Part shown: in pieces, positions 31,353 through 40,833 of the stretch | Layout of the letters: each line of letters begins with the position of its first letter | Position numbering within the stretch: the stretch's first letter is position 1 | Assembly (NCBI GenBank): GCA_963804165.1 | Contig: CAWDPO010000036.1 | Span: forward strand, 32,001-96,000 | Length of the DNA: 64,000 nt | Direction: 5' to 3' | Origin: an uncultured delta proteobacterium | GTDB lineage: Bacteria; Desulfobacterota; Binatia; UBA9968 | The notes under the pieces: generated by a model | Told to the model about the DNA's origin: nothing | Database searches by the model: none | What the model saw: the letters and a program-made list of their open reading frames with translations, nothing else | Made by a program: the position numbers and the translations under genes

Positions 31353-32372
31353 CTAGGGCTTCGAACTTATCCCTTGCGCGGCGTAGGCCTTGTCGATGAA
31401 GCCGCTTTCATCGAGCCGGCGAATGATGCGGTTGTCGATGACGTTTTCAATTTTGACTTCGCCGACTTTCGGACTTCTTAGTGCCATCAGACGCTGCACG
31501 TTGCGCAGTCCTTCGGGAGACGGATAGGGTTTGCGGTCCATGGCGCGATGGAGATCGGCATAGCCTTCTTCCGCAGCGGCAGCGTCGACTCTGAGCCGGC
31601 GCATGAACGTTCTGATCACGGTCGGCTTGTTTTTTGGCGCAAGCGAGAAGGCGATCGCCTCGATTTGAGCTTTCAACAAATTTTCCACCATATTGGCGCG
31701 CTGCTGCAAGAATTTGCCTTGCACGACGATCGCCTGGCTGGTGAACAGATGCTTCAATTCGGAATACTCGCCCGCAATGTTGAAGCCTTTCTGTTTCAGA
31801 CGGCGGCTAAATACGCCGTCGAGCACGGCAGCGTCGATGGTGCCGTTTTCCAGTGCTTGCATCTGAATACTTTGATCGCCGATGACTTGGAGCTGGATCT
31901 TGTCGCGCTGCTCATCGAGACCGAAATGCTCGAGCCAAAGCATGATGCCCATCCAAACCGTGCCGCCGATGCTGGTGACGCCGAAGCGTTTGCCGCGCAA
32001 CTCTTCGGCCTTCTTGATGGAAGGCCGGGTGACGAGGTCGTAGGTGTTGCGGCTGGAAAACGCCGCCACCATTTTCAAGTCATGCCCCGCTGCAATGGCC
32101 GCCAAGGTGGCGGTGCCGCCGGTGCTACCGAAGTGAATATCGCCGGAAGTCAGGCCGGCAACCAAAGTGGGCGCACCGCGGATGAAAACTTGCTCGGAAT
32201 CGATACCGTGCTTGGCCAGAATGCCTTGCTCCTCGGCGATCCAGAGCGGCACGACCCGCGCGCTCATAGCAGCATAGCCGATGATCACCTTTGGCGGCGC
32301 GGCGGCTGCCTGGGCGTAGCCGGTAAACCAGAAGTACAAAGCCGCGAACAGAGCGACCAGCGAATAGCACAT
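31353..32372 (-). CDS. ABC substrate-binding protein, SsuA/NMT1 family (close paralogue of previous gene)
   Basis: FIRGAPTLVAGL, RNTYDLV, APKNKP shared with 30254-31297. Confidence 0.85.
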   Translation of the reverse strand: MCYSLVALFAALYFWFTGYAQAAAAPPKVIIGYAAMSARVVPLWIAEEQGILAKHGIDSEQVFIRGAPTLVAGLTSGDIHFGSTGGTATLAAIAAGHDLKMVAAFSSRNTYDLVTRPSIKKAEELRGKRFGVTSIGGTVWMGIMLWLEHFGLDEQRDKIQLQVIGDQSIQMQALENGTIDAAVLDGVFSRRLKQKGFNIAGEYSELKHLFTSQAIVVQGKFLQQRANMVENLLKAQIEAIAFSLAPKNKPTVIRTFMRRLRVDAAAAEEGYADLHRAMDRKPYPSPEGLRNVQRLMALRSPKVGEVKIENVIDNRIIRRLDESGFIDKAYAAQGISSKP

Positions 32373-32401
32373 GGTGAACCTCAGGTTGATTCCGGGATTC
32401 T

Positions 32402-33238
32402 CTAATCGGTAAACTGACCGAGCCATTGGTCGATGATCGCAACGATCTCGGGCATGTGGCGGTTGTAAAAGTGATTGGCGCCTTCGACGAGCATGCAAGT
32501 GCCCTTCGCGCCGGCGCCAGCGACGATCTCTTGAGCGTATTCATAAAAAAACTTGGGTTCTGCGCCGCCGACGATGGCGAGCAGCGGGCAGCCGAGGTGC
32601 TTGGCGTAAGGACGGCAATCGTTATTATCGTCTCTGCCATACTTGTTCACGTGTGCGCGCGCGGTGAAAATGCCCGGCGTCGAGCCGACGCCGATGGACA
32701 AGAGCTCTTCGCCTTTGCCTTCGGCAACCATCGCTTCCGCTTTTTCGATCACTTCGCGAAATCCTGCTTGGCGCGCGATTCGTTCGGAATAAAACTGGCG
32801 TGGCGCCGAGCAGGAAACGACGCCGACCACGTCGGCGCGCCGGCGCGTGCCTTGGTAAATGATCGACTTGATGGCGCCGAGGCTGTGGCCGATTAGAATA
32901 AAGCGGCGGTAACCGCGCTCTGTGAGAAAGTCCAGTGCGCCATCGAGATCGGGCAAACAATCTTCAAGATTTTCATAAGCGGAGCCGCCGAACTTCGCCA
33001 GATTGCCGGCGCGGGAGATCCAGTCATGACCGCGGGTGTTGATCACGAAGCTGTGAAAGCCGCGCTGCGCGAGTTCCTGACCGAAGACAACCAGCGGTGG
33101 CAGATAAAAGTTCATTGCTACGCCGTGAACAAACAAGAGCGCAAGATCGTTGCGCCGGTTCTGCGGCGTGAAGAGTAAGCCATGCAGCCGTTCATTGTCG
33201 GAGGTTTTGAAACTACAGAGTTGCGTTTCAATGTTCAT
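32402..33238 (-). CDS. Alpha/beta hydrolase
   Basis: VHG, GHSLG, GANH. Confidence 0.85.
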   Translation of the reverse strand: MNIETQLCSFKTSDNERLHGLLFTPQNRRNDLALLFVHGVAMNFYLPPLVVFGQELAQRGFHSFVINTRGHDWISRAGNLAKFGGSAYENLEDCLPDLDGALDFLTERGYRRFILIGHSLGAIKSIIYQGTRRRADVVGVVSCSAPRQFYSERIARQAGFREVIEKAEAMVAEGKGEELLSIGVGSTPGIFTARAHVNKYGRDDNNDCRPYAKHLGCPLLAIVGGAEPKFFYEYAQEIVAGAGAKGTCMLVEGANHFYNRHMPEIVAIIDQWLGQFTD

Positions 33239-33255
33239 GAATGATTCAGCGCGAG

Positions 33256-34290
33256 CTATTTCAGTCCGTATTCGGCGTGCAGCCGTTCGAAGAAGCCGCT
33301 GTCGTCGAGTTTTTTGACTATACTAGAGTCAACCAGATTATCCACTTTGACGTCGCCGATTTTTGGGTTTTGAGTTTTCATGATCCGTTGCAACGTGCGT
33401 AGGCCGTCGATGGGAACGTATGGCTTGCGATTGCCTTCCGCGCGCAGGAGCGCGACGACGTCTTGATACGCTGCTTCGCCGGCGACCGGATCGGTGAGCT
33501 TAAACTGACGCATGATCGTTTCCATCACGGCGGGCTTGTATTTAGAATGAGCGGTGAACATCGTTCCCTCGATGATCGCCTTGATCGCATCCGGGAGGGA
33601 GTCCGCGTTTTGTTGCAGATAGGCTTTATCGACGACCAAGGTCATGCCCACCGACGGCAGTCGCACTTGATCGCAGCGGCCGAGTATCACGAAACCTTTT
33701 TCTGCAAGCCGGCGGCTTAAGAAACTCGGAACAACGGTGGCGTCAACTCGCCCGGTTTCCAGCGCCTGGCTGAGCACCGTGACGTCGCCCATAACGATCA
33801 TCTGAATGTTGTCGCGTTTTTCGTCCATGCCGAAATGTTCCAGCCACACCGTGGCGGTTTTCCAAACGCCCCCGCCGATACTCTGAATGCCGAAGCGCTT
33901 GCCGGCGAGTTCCTTGGCGCTCCTGATTCCCGGGCGGACCACCAGATCGAGATTTTCCCGGCTACTCAAACTCGCAAGGATTTTTAGATCTTTGCCGCCC
34001 ACGGCCGCCGCCAGGGCAGTGGTTGCGCCGCCGTAGGCGATCTGGGTGTCGCCGGATGCGAGCGTAGCGATCTGCGCGGGATTGCCGCGCACCCAAACCA
34101 CTTTCGATTTGATGCCATACTTGCCGAACAAGTTTTCCCGCTGTGCGACCCAAAGCGGGATTGCGGTCGTGCTCATGCTGCTGTGGGTGACGATGATCTC
34201 GCTGGAAGCGGCGAGGGAAAGGCCACAGGCGGCGAAAAGGAAGACCCAAACTAGGGTGAATTTGATCATAGTTCGAGCGCGCATCGCCAT
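33256..34290 (-). CDS. ABC substrate-binding protein, SsuA/NMT1 family
   Basis: Signal peptide; PLWVAQ, GKRFGIQSIGG, LDDSGF. Confidence 0.85.
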   Translation of the reverse strand: MAMRARTMIKFTLVWVFLFAACGLSLAASSEIIVTHSSMSTTAIPLWVAQRENLFGKYGIKSKVVWVRGNPAQIATLASGDTQIAYGGATTALAAAVGGKDLKILASLSSRENLDLVVRPGIRSAKELAGKRFGIQSIGGGVWKTATVWLEHFGMDEKRDNIQMIVMGDVTVLSQALETGRVDATVVPSFLSRRLAEKGFVILGRCDQVRLPSVGMTLVVDKAYLQQNADSLPDAIKAIIEGTMFTAHSKYKPAVMETIMRQFKLTDPVAGEAAYQDVVALLRAEGNRKPYVPIDGLRTLQRIMKTQNPKIGDVKVDNLVDSSIVKKLDDSGFFERLHAEYGLK

Positions 34291-34448
34291 GATTTCAACC
34301 TCCGAATCATGCCAAACAATGCTTAGGATTGCGGGTAATTTCCCGGACTATATCTGCAACGCTTTCGCTCGCGCAACCGGACAAGTCAGTTTCGGTAAGT
34401 GCTTACAAAGGGCGTTAAAAATCTAGGGAAATTGGGCAGCCAGGGTTC

Positions 34449-34478
34449 TTGACATACCTGATCATTTTACTTAGGATC
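34449..34478 (+). promoter_or_regulatory. Sigma70 promoter overlapped by an Rrf2-type operator-like dyad
   Basis: TTGACA(34449-54)-17 bp-TAGGAT(34472-77); ATACCTGATCATTTTACTTAGGATC resembles IscR type-1/CymR boxes. Confidence 0.6.
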
Positions 34479-34506
34479 TCTCAATAATTGATGCAGGCAG
34501 GACCGG

Positions 34507-34941
34507 GTGAAGGTAAGTTCAAAAGGTCATTATGGGTTGCTTGCGCTGGCGGAGCTGGCCGACAACTACAAGCTTCGCCGCGCGGTTCAGGTGAAAGAGA
34601 TCGCCAATAACCAACAAATCCCTTTGCAATACCTTGGTCAAATCATGGTCTTGCTGAGACGTGGTCATTTGGTTCACGCGGTCAGGGGGCCTTCGGGAGG
34701 GTATACTCTCGCTCGTCCTCCTGAGAGCATCACGGTGAAGGAGATTATCTCTCTTTTGGAAGGTCCCGCTGTGGATCTCGAACTACAAGCGCAAATGCAC
34801 GGCCGCTCGGCGTCCAAAGTAACGCAGCGGCTTTTCGAAACTTGGGCGCGCGGTGTGCGCGCGATGGAAACAGTGTTGGAAGAAACCACGCTCGCGGATC
34901 TTTGTAAACCGGAAGTGAGCGCGTTGATGTACTACATTTAA
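34507..34941 (+). CDS. cymR: Rrf2-family regulator, CymR-like
   Basis: SSKGHYGL, VRGPSGGY, no IscR Cys triad, C-terminal MYYI; heads the sulfur operon. Confidence 0.8.
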   Translation: MKVSSKGHYGLLALAELADNYKLRRAVQVKEIANNQQIPLQYLGQIMVLLRRGHLVHAVRGPSGGYTLARPPESITVKEIISLLEGPAVDLELQAQMHGRSASKVTQRLFETWARGVRAMETVLEETTLADLCKPEVSALMYYI

Positions 34942-35045
34942 TAAGTAGATTTCACGCGCCGCTGAGCGAAATTTTTTTAAGGTTATTTCTGACAAAGTGT
35001 ATCAACTAACTTGAATTCACGAAACGAACTGCCGAGGAGGTTTTT

Positions 35046-37340
35046 ATGGAACGCGGCCTGAGCTGGAAAGAAAAACTTGGCGCCAAGATTCCCGTCGAAT
35101 TGGGACGCGAGATCGACATCTTCGAGCAGCACATGGAACTGCGCAAGCAAGGCAAGATGGACGAAAAGGTCTTCGCCGAGACCCGGCTGCGCCGGGGAAT
35201 TTACGGCCAGCGCTACGACAACGGTCAAAGACACGACGGCAAGCGCATTCAAAAGTTGAAACTGCCGGCCGAGGTGATCAAAGGTCCGGAAACGCTTTGG
35301 GATGCGCCGGGCATGATGCGGATTAAAATTCCTTTCGGCGGCGTCACGCCCGAGCAGTTGGAAACTCTGGCGAATCTCTCGGAGGAATACGCCGACGGCG
35401 TTACCCACGTGACGACGCGGCAAGACTTTCAGCTTCACTACGTGCATATCGATGACACGCCGGCGCTGATGCGCCGGCTCGCCGCAGTCGGCATCACCAG
35501 CCGCGAAGCTTGCGGCAACGTAGTGCGCAACGTGACGGCTTGTCCGCTGGCGGGGATCTGCCACGAGGAAACCTTCGATACGACGCCTTACGCCAAAGCG
35601 TGTTCGAAATTCTTAATGGGTCATCCCGATACGCAAGACTTCGGACGCAAGGTAAAGGTTGCCTTCTCCGGCTGCGAGCAAAATCCCTGCGGCCTGGTGA
35701 CCATGCACGACATGGGCGCCATCGCTAAGACCAAAGTCGTCGATGGCAAGGTGCAGCGCGGTTTTGCTTTCTACGTCGGCGGCGGTTTGGGCTCGGTGCC
35801 GTACAAAGCGAAGCTGTTCGACGCATTTCTTCCGGAAGAAGAGCTCTTGCCGACGATGCAGGCGATCTCGCGCGTTTTCGCGCGCCTCGGCGAGAAGCGC
35901 AACCGCGCCCGGGCACGGATTAAATTCTTGATCGCCAACCTCGGCATCGACGAGTTTCGCAAGCTGGTGTTGGAAGAGCGGCAAAAACTTTCGCCTGATT
36001 CGCGCTGGACTGATTTTTTAAGTTCCGTCAACGAGCAAAGCGAGCAGCCGCTCAAAGCCGGCGTCAATCTCAACGGCCATCAGCGGCCCGAGGGATTCGA
36101 AGGTTGGTACGCGACTAACGTTTACAAGCAAAGACAGGCCGGCTATGTCGCGGCGACGGTGACGCTGCCGCTCGGGGATGCTAGCGCCGATCAGTTACGC
36201 GCGCTCGCCGATATCGCGCGGCGCTTCGTCAAAGACACGCTGCGTACCACGGTGGAACAAAACATTCTCTTCCGCTGGGTCAGTGAAGCGGATCTGCCGG
36301 AATTTTATCAAGCAATTAATTCGATTGGTCTAGGTGCAGCTGACGCCGCGACCATCGTCGACGTGACGGCCTGTCCCGGCACCGACACCTGCAAATTGGG
36401 CATTGCCTCGTCGCGCGGTCTGGCGCGCGAGCTGCGCTATCGTCTGGGAGAGAAGAGTTTGGAGCTGGACGAGGCGGTCAAGAACCTCCGCATCAAAGTC
36501 AGCGGCTGCTTCAACTCCTGCGGCCAGCATCACATCGCCGATATCGGTTTCTACGGCATCAACCGCAACGTGAAGGGATTTCAGGTGCCGCATTTTCAAG
36601 TGGTTCTTGGCGGCAAGTTCCACGACAACGCCGGCGAATACGGCGTCGCGATCGGCGCGGTGCCGTCCAAGCGGGTTCCTGAGGCGGTTTCGACCATCAC
36701 GGAATATTACGTGCAGAAACGTCTCAAGGACGAGCGTTTTCAAGATTTCGTGACGCGCATCGGCAAAAAGCAAGTCAAGGATTTGCTGGAAGATTTAACC
36801 AAGATTCCCGCGCACGAGACGGATCGTTCCTACTACAGCGATTGGGGCGATCCGCGCGAATTTACCCTGTCAGACATGGGAATCGGCGAATGCGCCGGCG
36901 AAGTGGTCAGTCAAGCAGAGTTTACTCTGGCTGCCAGCGAACGCGAGCTGTTTGAGGCGCAACTGCTCTTGGACTCGGGCTATACGCAGCCAGCGGCCAA
37001 GCTGGCATACGCTTCGATGGTGCGCGCGGCCCAAGGGTTGGTGAAGGACCAAAACCCGAGCATCTCCGAGGATGAAAATCAGATCGTCGGCGAATTCACC
37101 ACGCGCTTCTACGACACGCAGCTTTTCTGGGACAAGTACGCCGGCGGAAAGTTCGCCGAGTATTTATTCAAAGCCAAGGAGTTTATCGCTTCGGGCAAAA
37201 CGGCGGACGGCGACCGCGCAGTGCAATTACTGCAGGAAGCGCAGCTGTTTATCGACGCAGCGCATGATTGCCATAACAAGACGCGCGGAGCGCTGACGAA
37301 CGCGGTATCGATTGCGCCGGCTGCGCAACCGAGCGCGTAG
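35046..37340 (+). CDS. sir: Siroheme sulfite/nitrite reductase (ferredoxin-type) with C-terminal HEPN-like domain
   Basis: HVTTRQDFQ, ACPGTDTC, SGCFNSCGQH; about 130 aa helical tail after GIGECAG. Confidence 0.88.
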   Translation: MERGLSWKEKLGAKIPVELGREIDIFEQHMELRKQGKMDEKVFAETRLRRGIYGQRYDNGQRHDGKRIQKLKLPAEVIKGPETLWDAPGMMRIKIPFGGVTPEQLETLANLSEEYADGVTHVTTRQDFQLHYVHIDDTPALMRRLAAVGITSREACGNVVRNVTACPLAGICHEETFDTTPYAKACSKFLMGHPDTQDFGRKVKVAFSGCEQNPCGLVTMHDMGAIAKTKVVDGKVQRGFAFYVGGGLGSVPYKAKLFDAFLPEEELLPTMQAISRVFARLGEKRNRARARIKFLIANLGIDEFRKLVLEERQKLSPDSRWTDFLSSVNEQSEQPLKAGVNLNGHQRPEGFEGWYATNVYKQRQAGYVAATVTLPLGDASADQLRALADIARRFVKDTLRTTVEQNILFRWVSEADLPEFYQAINSIGLGAADAATIVDVTACPGTDTCKLGIASSRGLARELRYRLGEKSLELDEAVKNLRIKVSGCFNSCGQHHIADIGFYGINRNVKGFQVPHFQVVLGGKFHDNAGEYGVAIGAVPSKRVPEAVSTITEYYVQKRLKDERFQDFVTRIGKKQVKDLLEDLTKIPAHETDRSYYSDWGDPREFTLSDMGIGECAGEVVSQAEFTLAASERELFEAQLLLDSGYTQPAAKLAYASMVRAAQGLVKDQNPSISEDENQIVGEFTTRFYDTQLFWDKYAGGKFAEYLFKAKEFIASGKTADGDRAVQLLQEAQLFIDAAHDCHNKTRGALTNAVSIAPAAQPSA

Positions 37341-37354
37341 CCAGGAGAGCAAAA

Positions 37355-37930
37355 ATGGAATTACAGAAGCTCACCGTGAAGTTATTTGTCGAACCGCCCA
37401 ACGCGGTGCCGCTCAGTGATTTTATCGAAATCTTTCACGGCTGGATTCAGGCCACGGACGGGATCTATCACGACGTTGCAGACTACAGTCATATGCAGTC
37501 AGGCCCGGGCATCATTCTGGTCGCCAACGACGCCAATCTGCACATCGATGAGACCGGCGGAAGGCGCGGTTTGCTCTACAGCCGGAAAGCACCGCTATCC
37601 GGCACCAATCAAGAAAAACTGCGGACGGTTTTCCGGCTGGCCCTGGAGAACTGCCGCAAGCTCGAGGACGAGTCCGCGCTTCGCGGCAAATTGCGCTTCG
37701 CGGCAAACGAAGCGACGATCTCTCTCAACGATCGGCTGATTGCTTCCAACACTGTGGAGTCATTCGAAGAGCTCAAGAGCGACGTCGAACCCTTTGCAAA
37801 GCAGCTCTTTGACGGCTCCAAGATCAGTTTTGGACGTGACGCGGATCCCCGGCAGCGGGTGAACGTGCATTTGAAAACATCCGCCGTCATCGATCTACGC
37901 AAAACGTTAGACCGTTTACAATGCAACTAG
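37355..37930 (+). CDS. Hypothetical protein in the sulfur operon
   Basis: AGGAG RBS 14 bp after the sir stop; FHGWIQ..DVADYSH..GPGI motif. Confidence 0.75.
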   Translation: MELQKLTVKLFVEPPNAVPLSDFIEIFHGWIQATDGIYHDVADYSHMQSGPGIILVANDANLHIDETGGRRGLLYSRKAPLSGTNQEKLRTVFRLALENCRKLEDESALRGKLRFAANEATISLNDRLIASNTVESFEELKSDVEPFAKQLFDGSKISFGRDADPRQRVNVHLKTSAVIDLRKTLDRLQCN

Positions 37931-37939
37931 GAGGCAGGA

Positions 37940-38677
37940 ATGGACATGACATCGCTGAATACACTGGAAAGCGAAAGCCCTGAGCTGATCCCGGATTTCG
38001 ATCGAGCCTCTCCCGAGATCGTGCTGGAATGGGCGCTCGACAAATTCTCGCCAGACGTGGCTCTCGCCTGCTCGTTTCAAGCCGAAGAATCGGTGCTGAT
38101 TGACATGATGAGCCGAATCTGCGGCACGGATTTTCGTATTTTCACTTTGGATACCGGGCGGCTCAATCAAGAAACCTACGATTGCATGGATGCGATCCGC
38201 GAGCGCTACGGGGTCAGCGTCGAAGTTTATTTTCCCGACGCGTTGAAGGTTCAGGACATGGTGCGCAGCCGTGGTCTGAATCTGTTTTACAACTCGATCG
38301 AAGAGCGCAAGCTTTGCTGCGCGGTGCGCAAGGTCGAGCCGCTCAACCGGGCGTTGCAGGGTCTCGCAGCCTGGATGACCGGCCTCCGGCGCGAGCAGGC
38401 GATGACTCGGGCTGAGGTGCGCAAAGTCGAACTGGACGCGGATCACGGCCACATCGTGAAGATCAACCCCCTGGTGGATTGGAGCCACGACGACGTGTGG
38501 AATTACATCCATACGCGCAACGTGCCATTCAACCGGCTGCACAGGAAGGGATACCCGAGTATCGGGTGCGCGCCCTGCACGCGCGCGGTACAACCCGGCG
38601 AAGACAGCCGCGCCGGTCGGTGGTGGTGGGAAAATCCAGAGACCAAGGAGTGCGGGCTGCACGTACGGAGCGCATAA
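37940..38677 (+). CDS. cysH: APS/PAPS reductase, Fe-S (APS) type
   Basis: LDTGRL, CCAVRKVEPL, SIGCAPCT, KECGLH. Confidence 0.93.
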   Translation: MDMTSLNTLESESPELIPDFDRASPEIVLEWALDKFSPDVALACSFQAEESVLIDMMSRICGTDFRIFTLDTGRLNQETYDCMDAIRERYGVSVEVYFPDALKVQDMVRSRGLNLFYNSIEERKLCCAVRKVEPLNRALQGLAAWMTGLRREQAMTRAEVRKVELDADHGHIVKINPLVDWSHDDVWNYIHTRNVPFNRLHRKGYPSIGCAPCTRAVQPGEDSRAGRWWWENPETKECGLHVRSA

Positions 38678-38708
38678 CCATGAGCCGTTTTCGAGAGGTT
38701 AAATTGTC

Positions 38709-39236
38709 ATGACATCCATGACGCGGAGCGACGGTCCATCGCTGACGAGCAAACTTCTGGGGCTGGCGACACTGTGGCCGGGCAAGCCGGACAACAGCAC
38801 GGGAGAGCGAACGTCGGAGCAAGAACCTGTCGAAGGCTCGACGATCCGCCTCATGACATCGCCGCGTCGCGATGCTACGGGTGAAGGGGAACTATTCGTC
38901 GCCGGCTTGTTGAGCGCGAAGAACGATAGCTCTTACGAGGAAGTCATAAAAGCGCTGGCGGATTTCATTTACTGCAAGGAGCTGAACAAGGGAGCGTGGC
39001 TTTTGGACATCGGCCTTTTCGGCAGATCACTATTTGTTTCCGAGGCACGCCGCGCGTTAGAGTTTGGAAAGGGAATACTCTGGGAAATCGATCCCGCAAG
39101 AAAGGATTCCGATGAGTTACTTTCCGATCTATCTCGACATGACGAGACGCCGCTGCCTGGTGATCGGTGGCGGAGCGGTGGCGGAACGCAAAATCGCGGC
39201 GCTGCTGGAGGCAGGGGCGGAGGTTACAATACTTAG
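38709..39236 (+). CDS. Hypothetical protein (3' end doubtful, overlaps next gene)
   Basis: Fills the gap between cysH and sirC; GAGGT RBS. Confidence 0.5.
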   Translation: MTSMTRSDGPSLTSKLLGLATLWPGKPDNSTGERTSEQEPVEGSTIRLMTSPRRDATGEGELFVAGLLSAKNDSSYEEVIKALADFIYCKELNKGAWLLDIGLFGRSLFVSEARRALEFGKGILWEIDPARKDSDELLSDLSRHDETPLPGDRWRSGGGTQNRGAAGGRGGGYNT

Positions 39237-39738
39237 TCCGGATGTGACTGACGCCCTCGCCGGTCTGTCGAAGCAGAACGCGATCCGGTTTGCGGCACGG
39301 TCTTATCAGGAAGGTGATTTGGACGGATTTGAGTTGGCCTTTGTCGCCACCGACGACCCGCAAGTGAATGCCGCGGTTTATCGTGAGGGCAGGAGCCGTG
39401 GCGTGTGGATCAACTCGGCTGACGATCCGGCGCGCTGTGATTTCATCCTGCCATCGGTGCTGCGGCGGGGCGAATTGACGGTGGCTGTGTCGACGGGCGG
39501 CCGTAGCCCAGCGCTGGCGCGAGCGGTGCGCGAGGAGCTCGAGCACTATTTCACCGAGGAATACGAATCGTTGGCGAAACTTGCGGCGGAGGTTAGACAG
39601 GAGTTGTTGAGCCGGTCGATTACCGTTCCATTTGAAGCATGGCGTAGAGCCTTAAGCGGCGAAGTGCGCCAGTTGCTCATGCGCGGTGACTTGGCGCAGG
39701 CGAAAAGTCATTTGCTGAATGAATTGGGGGTAGCGTAA
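39112..39738 (+). CDS. sirC: Precorrin-2 dehydrogenase/sirohydrochlorin ferrochelatase (CysG N-terminal/SirC)
   Basis: YFPIYLD, VIGGGAVAERK, CDFILPS, STGGRSPALA. Confidence 0.9.
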   Translation: MSYFPIYLDMTRRRCLVIGGGAVAERKIAALLEAGAEVTILSPDVTDALAGLSKQNAIRFAARSYQEGDLDGFELAFVATDDPQVNAAVYREGRSRGVWINSADDPARCDFILPSVLRRGELTVAVSTGGRSPALARAVREELEHYFTEEYESLAKLAAEVRQELLSRSITVPFEAWRRALSGEVRQLLMRGDLAQAKSHLLNELGVA

Positions 39739-40547
39739 TGACACTCGGTAAAGTTTATCTCGTCGGCGCCGGGCCGGGCGACCCCGGGCTCTTGACCGTG
39801 CGCGGGCTGGAACTGCTACGCGCGGCGCAGGTGGTTGTTTACGATCAGTTGGTAAGCTCCGCCATCTTGGCCGAAGCATCCGCGGCGGCGATTAGAATCT
39901 ACGTCGGTAAACAGGCTGGAAAACATTGCATCGCTCAAGAGGAAATCAACGGTGTTCTCGTCGACTACGCTCGCATGGGTTGTGACGTGGTCCGGCTCAA
40001 GGGCGGCGATCCATTCGTGTTCGGACGCGGCGGCGAAGAGGCCGCGGAATTGGCCGGCGCCGGTATCCCATTCGAAATCGTCCCGGGCGTGAGCTCGGCG
40101 ATCGCGGTGCCGGCTTACGCCGGAATCTCGCTGACCCATCGCAATTACGCTTCGTCGTTCGCGGTGGTCACCGGCCATCCGGCGCGCAATGCGAAAGCGT
40201 CGGTCGATTGGGCCAAGTTGGCAAGCTCAGTGGACACTCTGGTCGTATTGATGGGGGTAAAAAATTTGCCGCAGATCGTCGCTGATATGCTTCGTGGCGG
40301 AGTGTCGCCGCAGATGCCGGTCGCGGTGATTCGTTGGGGCACGACCGACGCACAAGAAAGCGTTATTGGCACGCTCGATAATATTTCCGAACGAGCGGCG
40401 CGCCTCGAATCGCCGGCGGTGATCGTGGTGGGTAAGGTCGTCGAATTGAGCAAGCAGCTGCAGTGGTTTGTTCCGGGAGATGCGGCGAGCGACAGTTTGT
40501 TGCCGTTATCGCGAGAAGATTTTCATGACTGGGTGTTGCCGACGTAA
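39738..40547 (+). CDS. cobA: Uroporphyrinogen-III C-methyltransferase
   Basis: VYLVGAGPGDPGLLT, RLKGGDPFVFGRGGEE. Confidence 0.95.
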   Translation: MTLGKVYLVGAGPGDPGLLTVRGLELLRAAQVVVYDQLVSSAILAEASAAAIRIYVGKQAGKHCIAQEEINGVLVDYARMGCDVVRLKGGDPFVFGRGGEEAAELAGAGIPFEIVPGVSSAIAVPAYAGISLTHRNYASSFAVVTGHPARNAKASVDWAKLASSVDTLVVLMGVKNLPQIVADMLRGGVSPQMPVAVIRWGTTDAQESVIGTLDNISERAARLESPAVIVVGKVVELSKQLQWFVPGDAASDSLLPLSREDFHDWVLPT

Positions 40548-40818
40548 CCGTCCCATCTGCGCCGCAATCACCTCCTCAAGCAGTCGACCAAAACCTTCAA
40601 AGCATCGCTAAGTCAATTCGACCATCGCGTCGATGTCAACACTCTGGAGCGCGTCGACGGCGTCACAGAGCTGCACATCAACGACATCGCCAGAGTCGGT
40701 TCCAAGTTGCAGCGGCCTTTAATCGTTGATAATTATTGTCGTAATCACGCCACGGGCGGGTTTATTCTTATCCGACGAAGCAACCAACGATAGGGTCGCC
40801 ACCGGCATGATTCAATAA
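40548..40818 (+). pseudogene. cysN: Remnant of sulfate adenylyltransferase subunit 1, C-terminal domain
   Basis: Manual translation HLLKQSTK..RVDVNTLE..LHINDIARV..RNHATGGFILI(fs)DEATNDRVATGMIQ*; no start codon. Confidence 0.8.
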
Positions 40819-40833
40819 CGGCAGTTGAATGCC

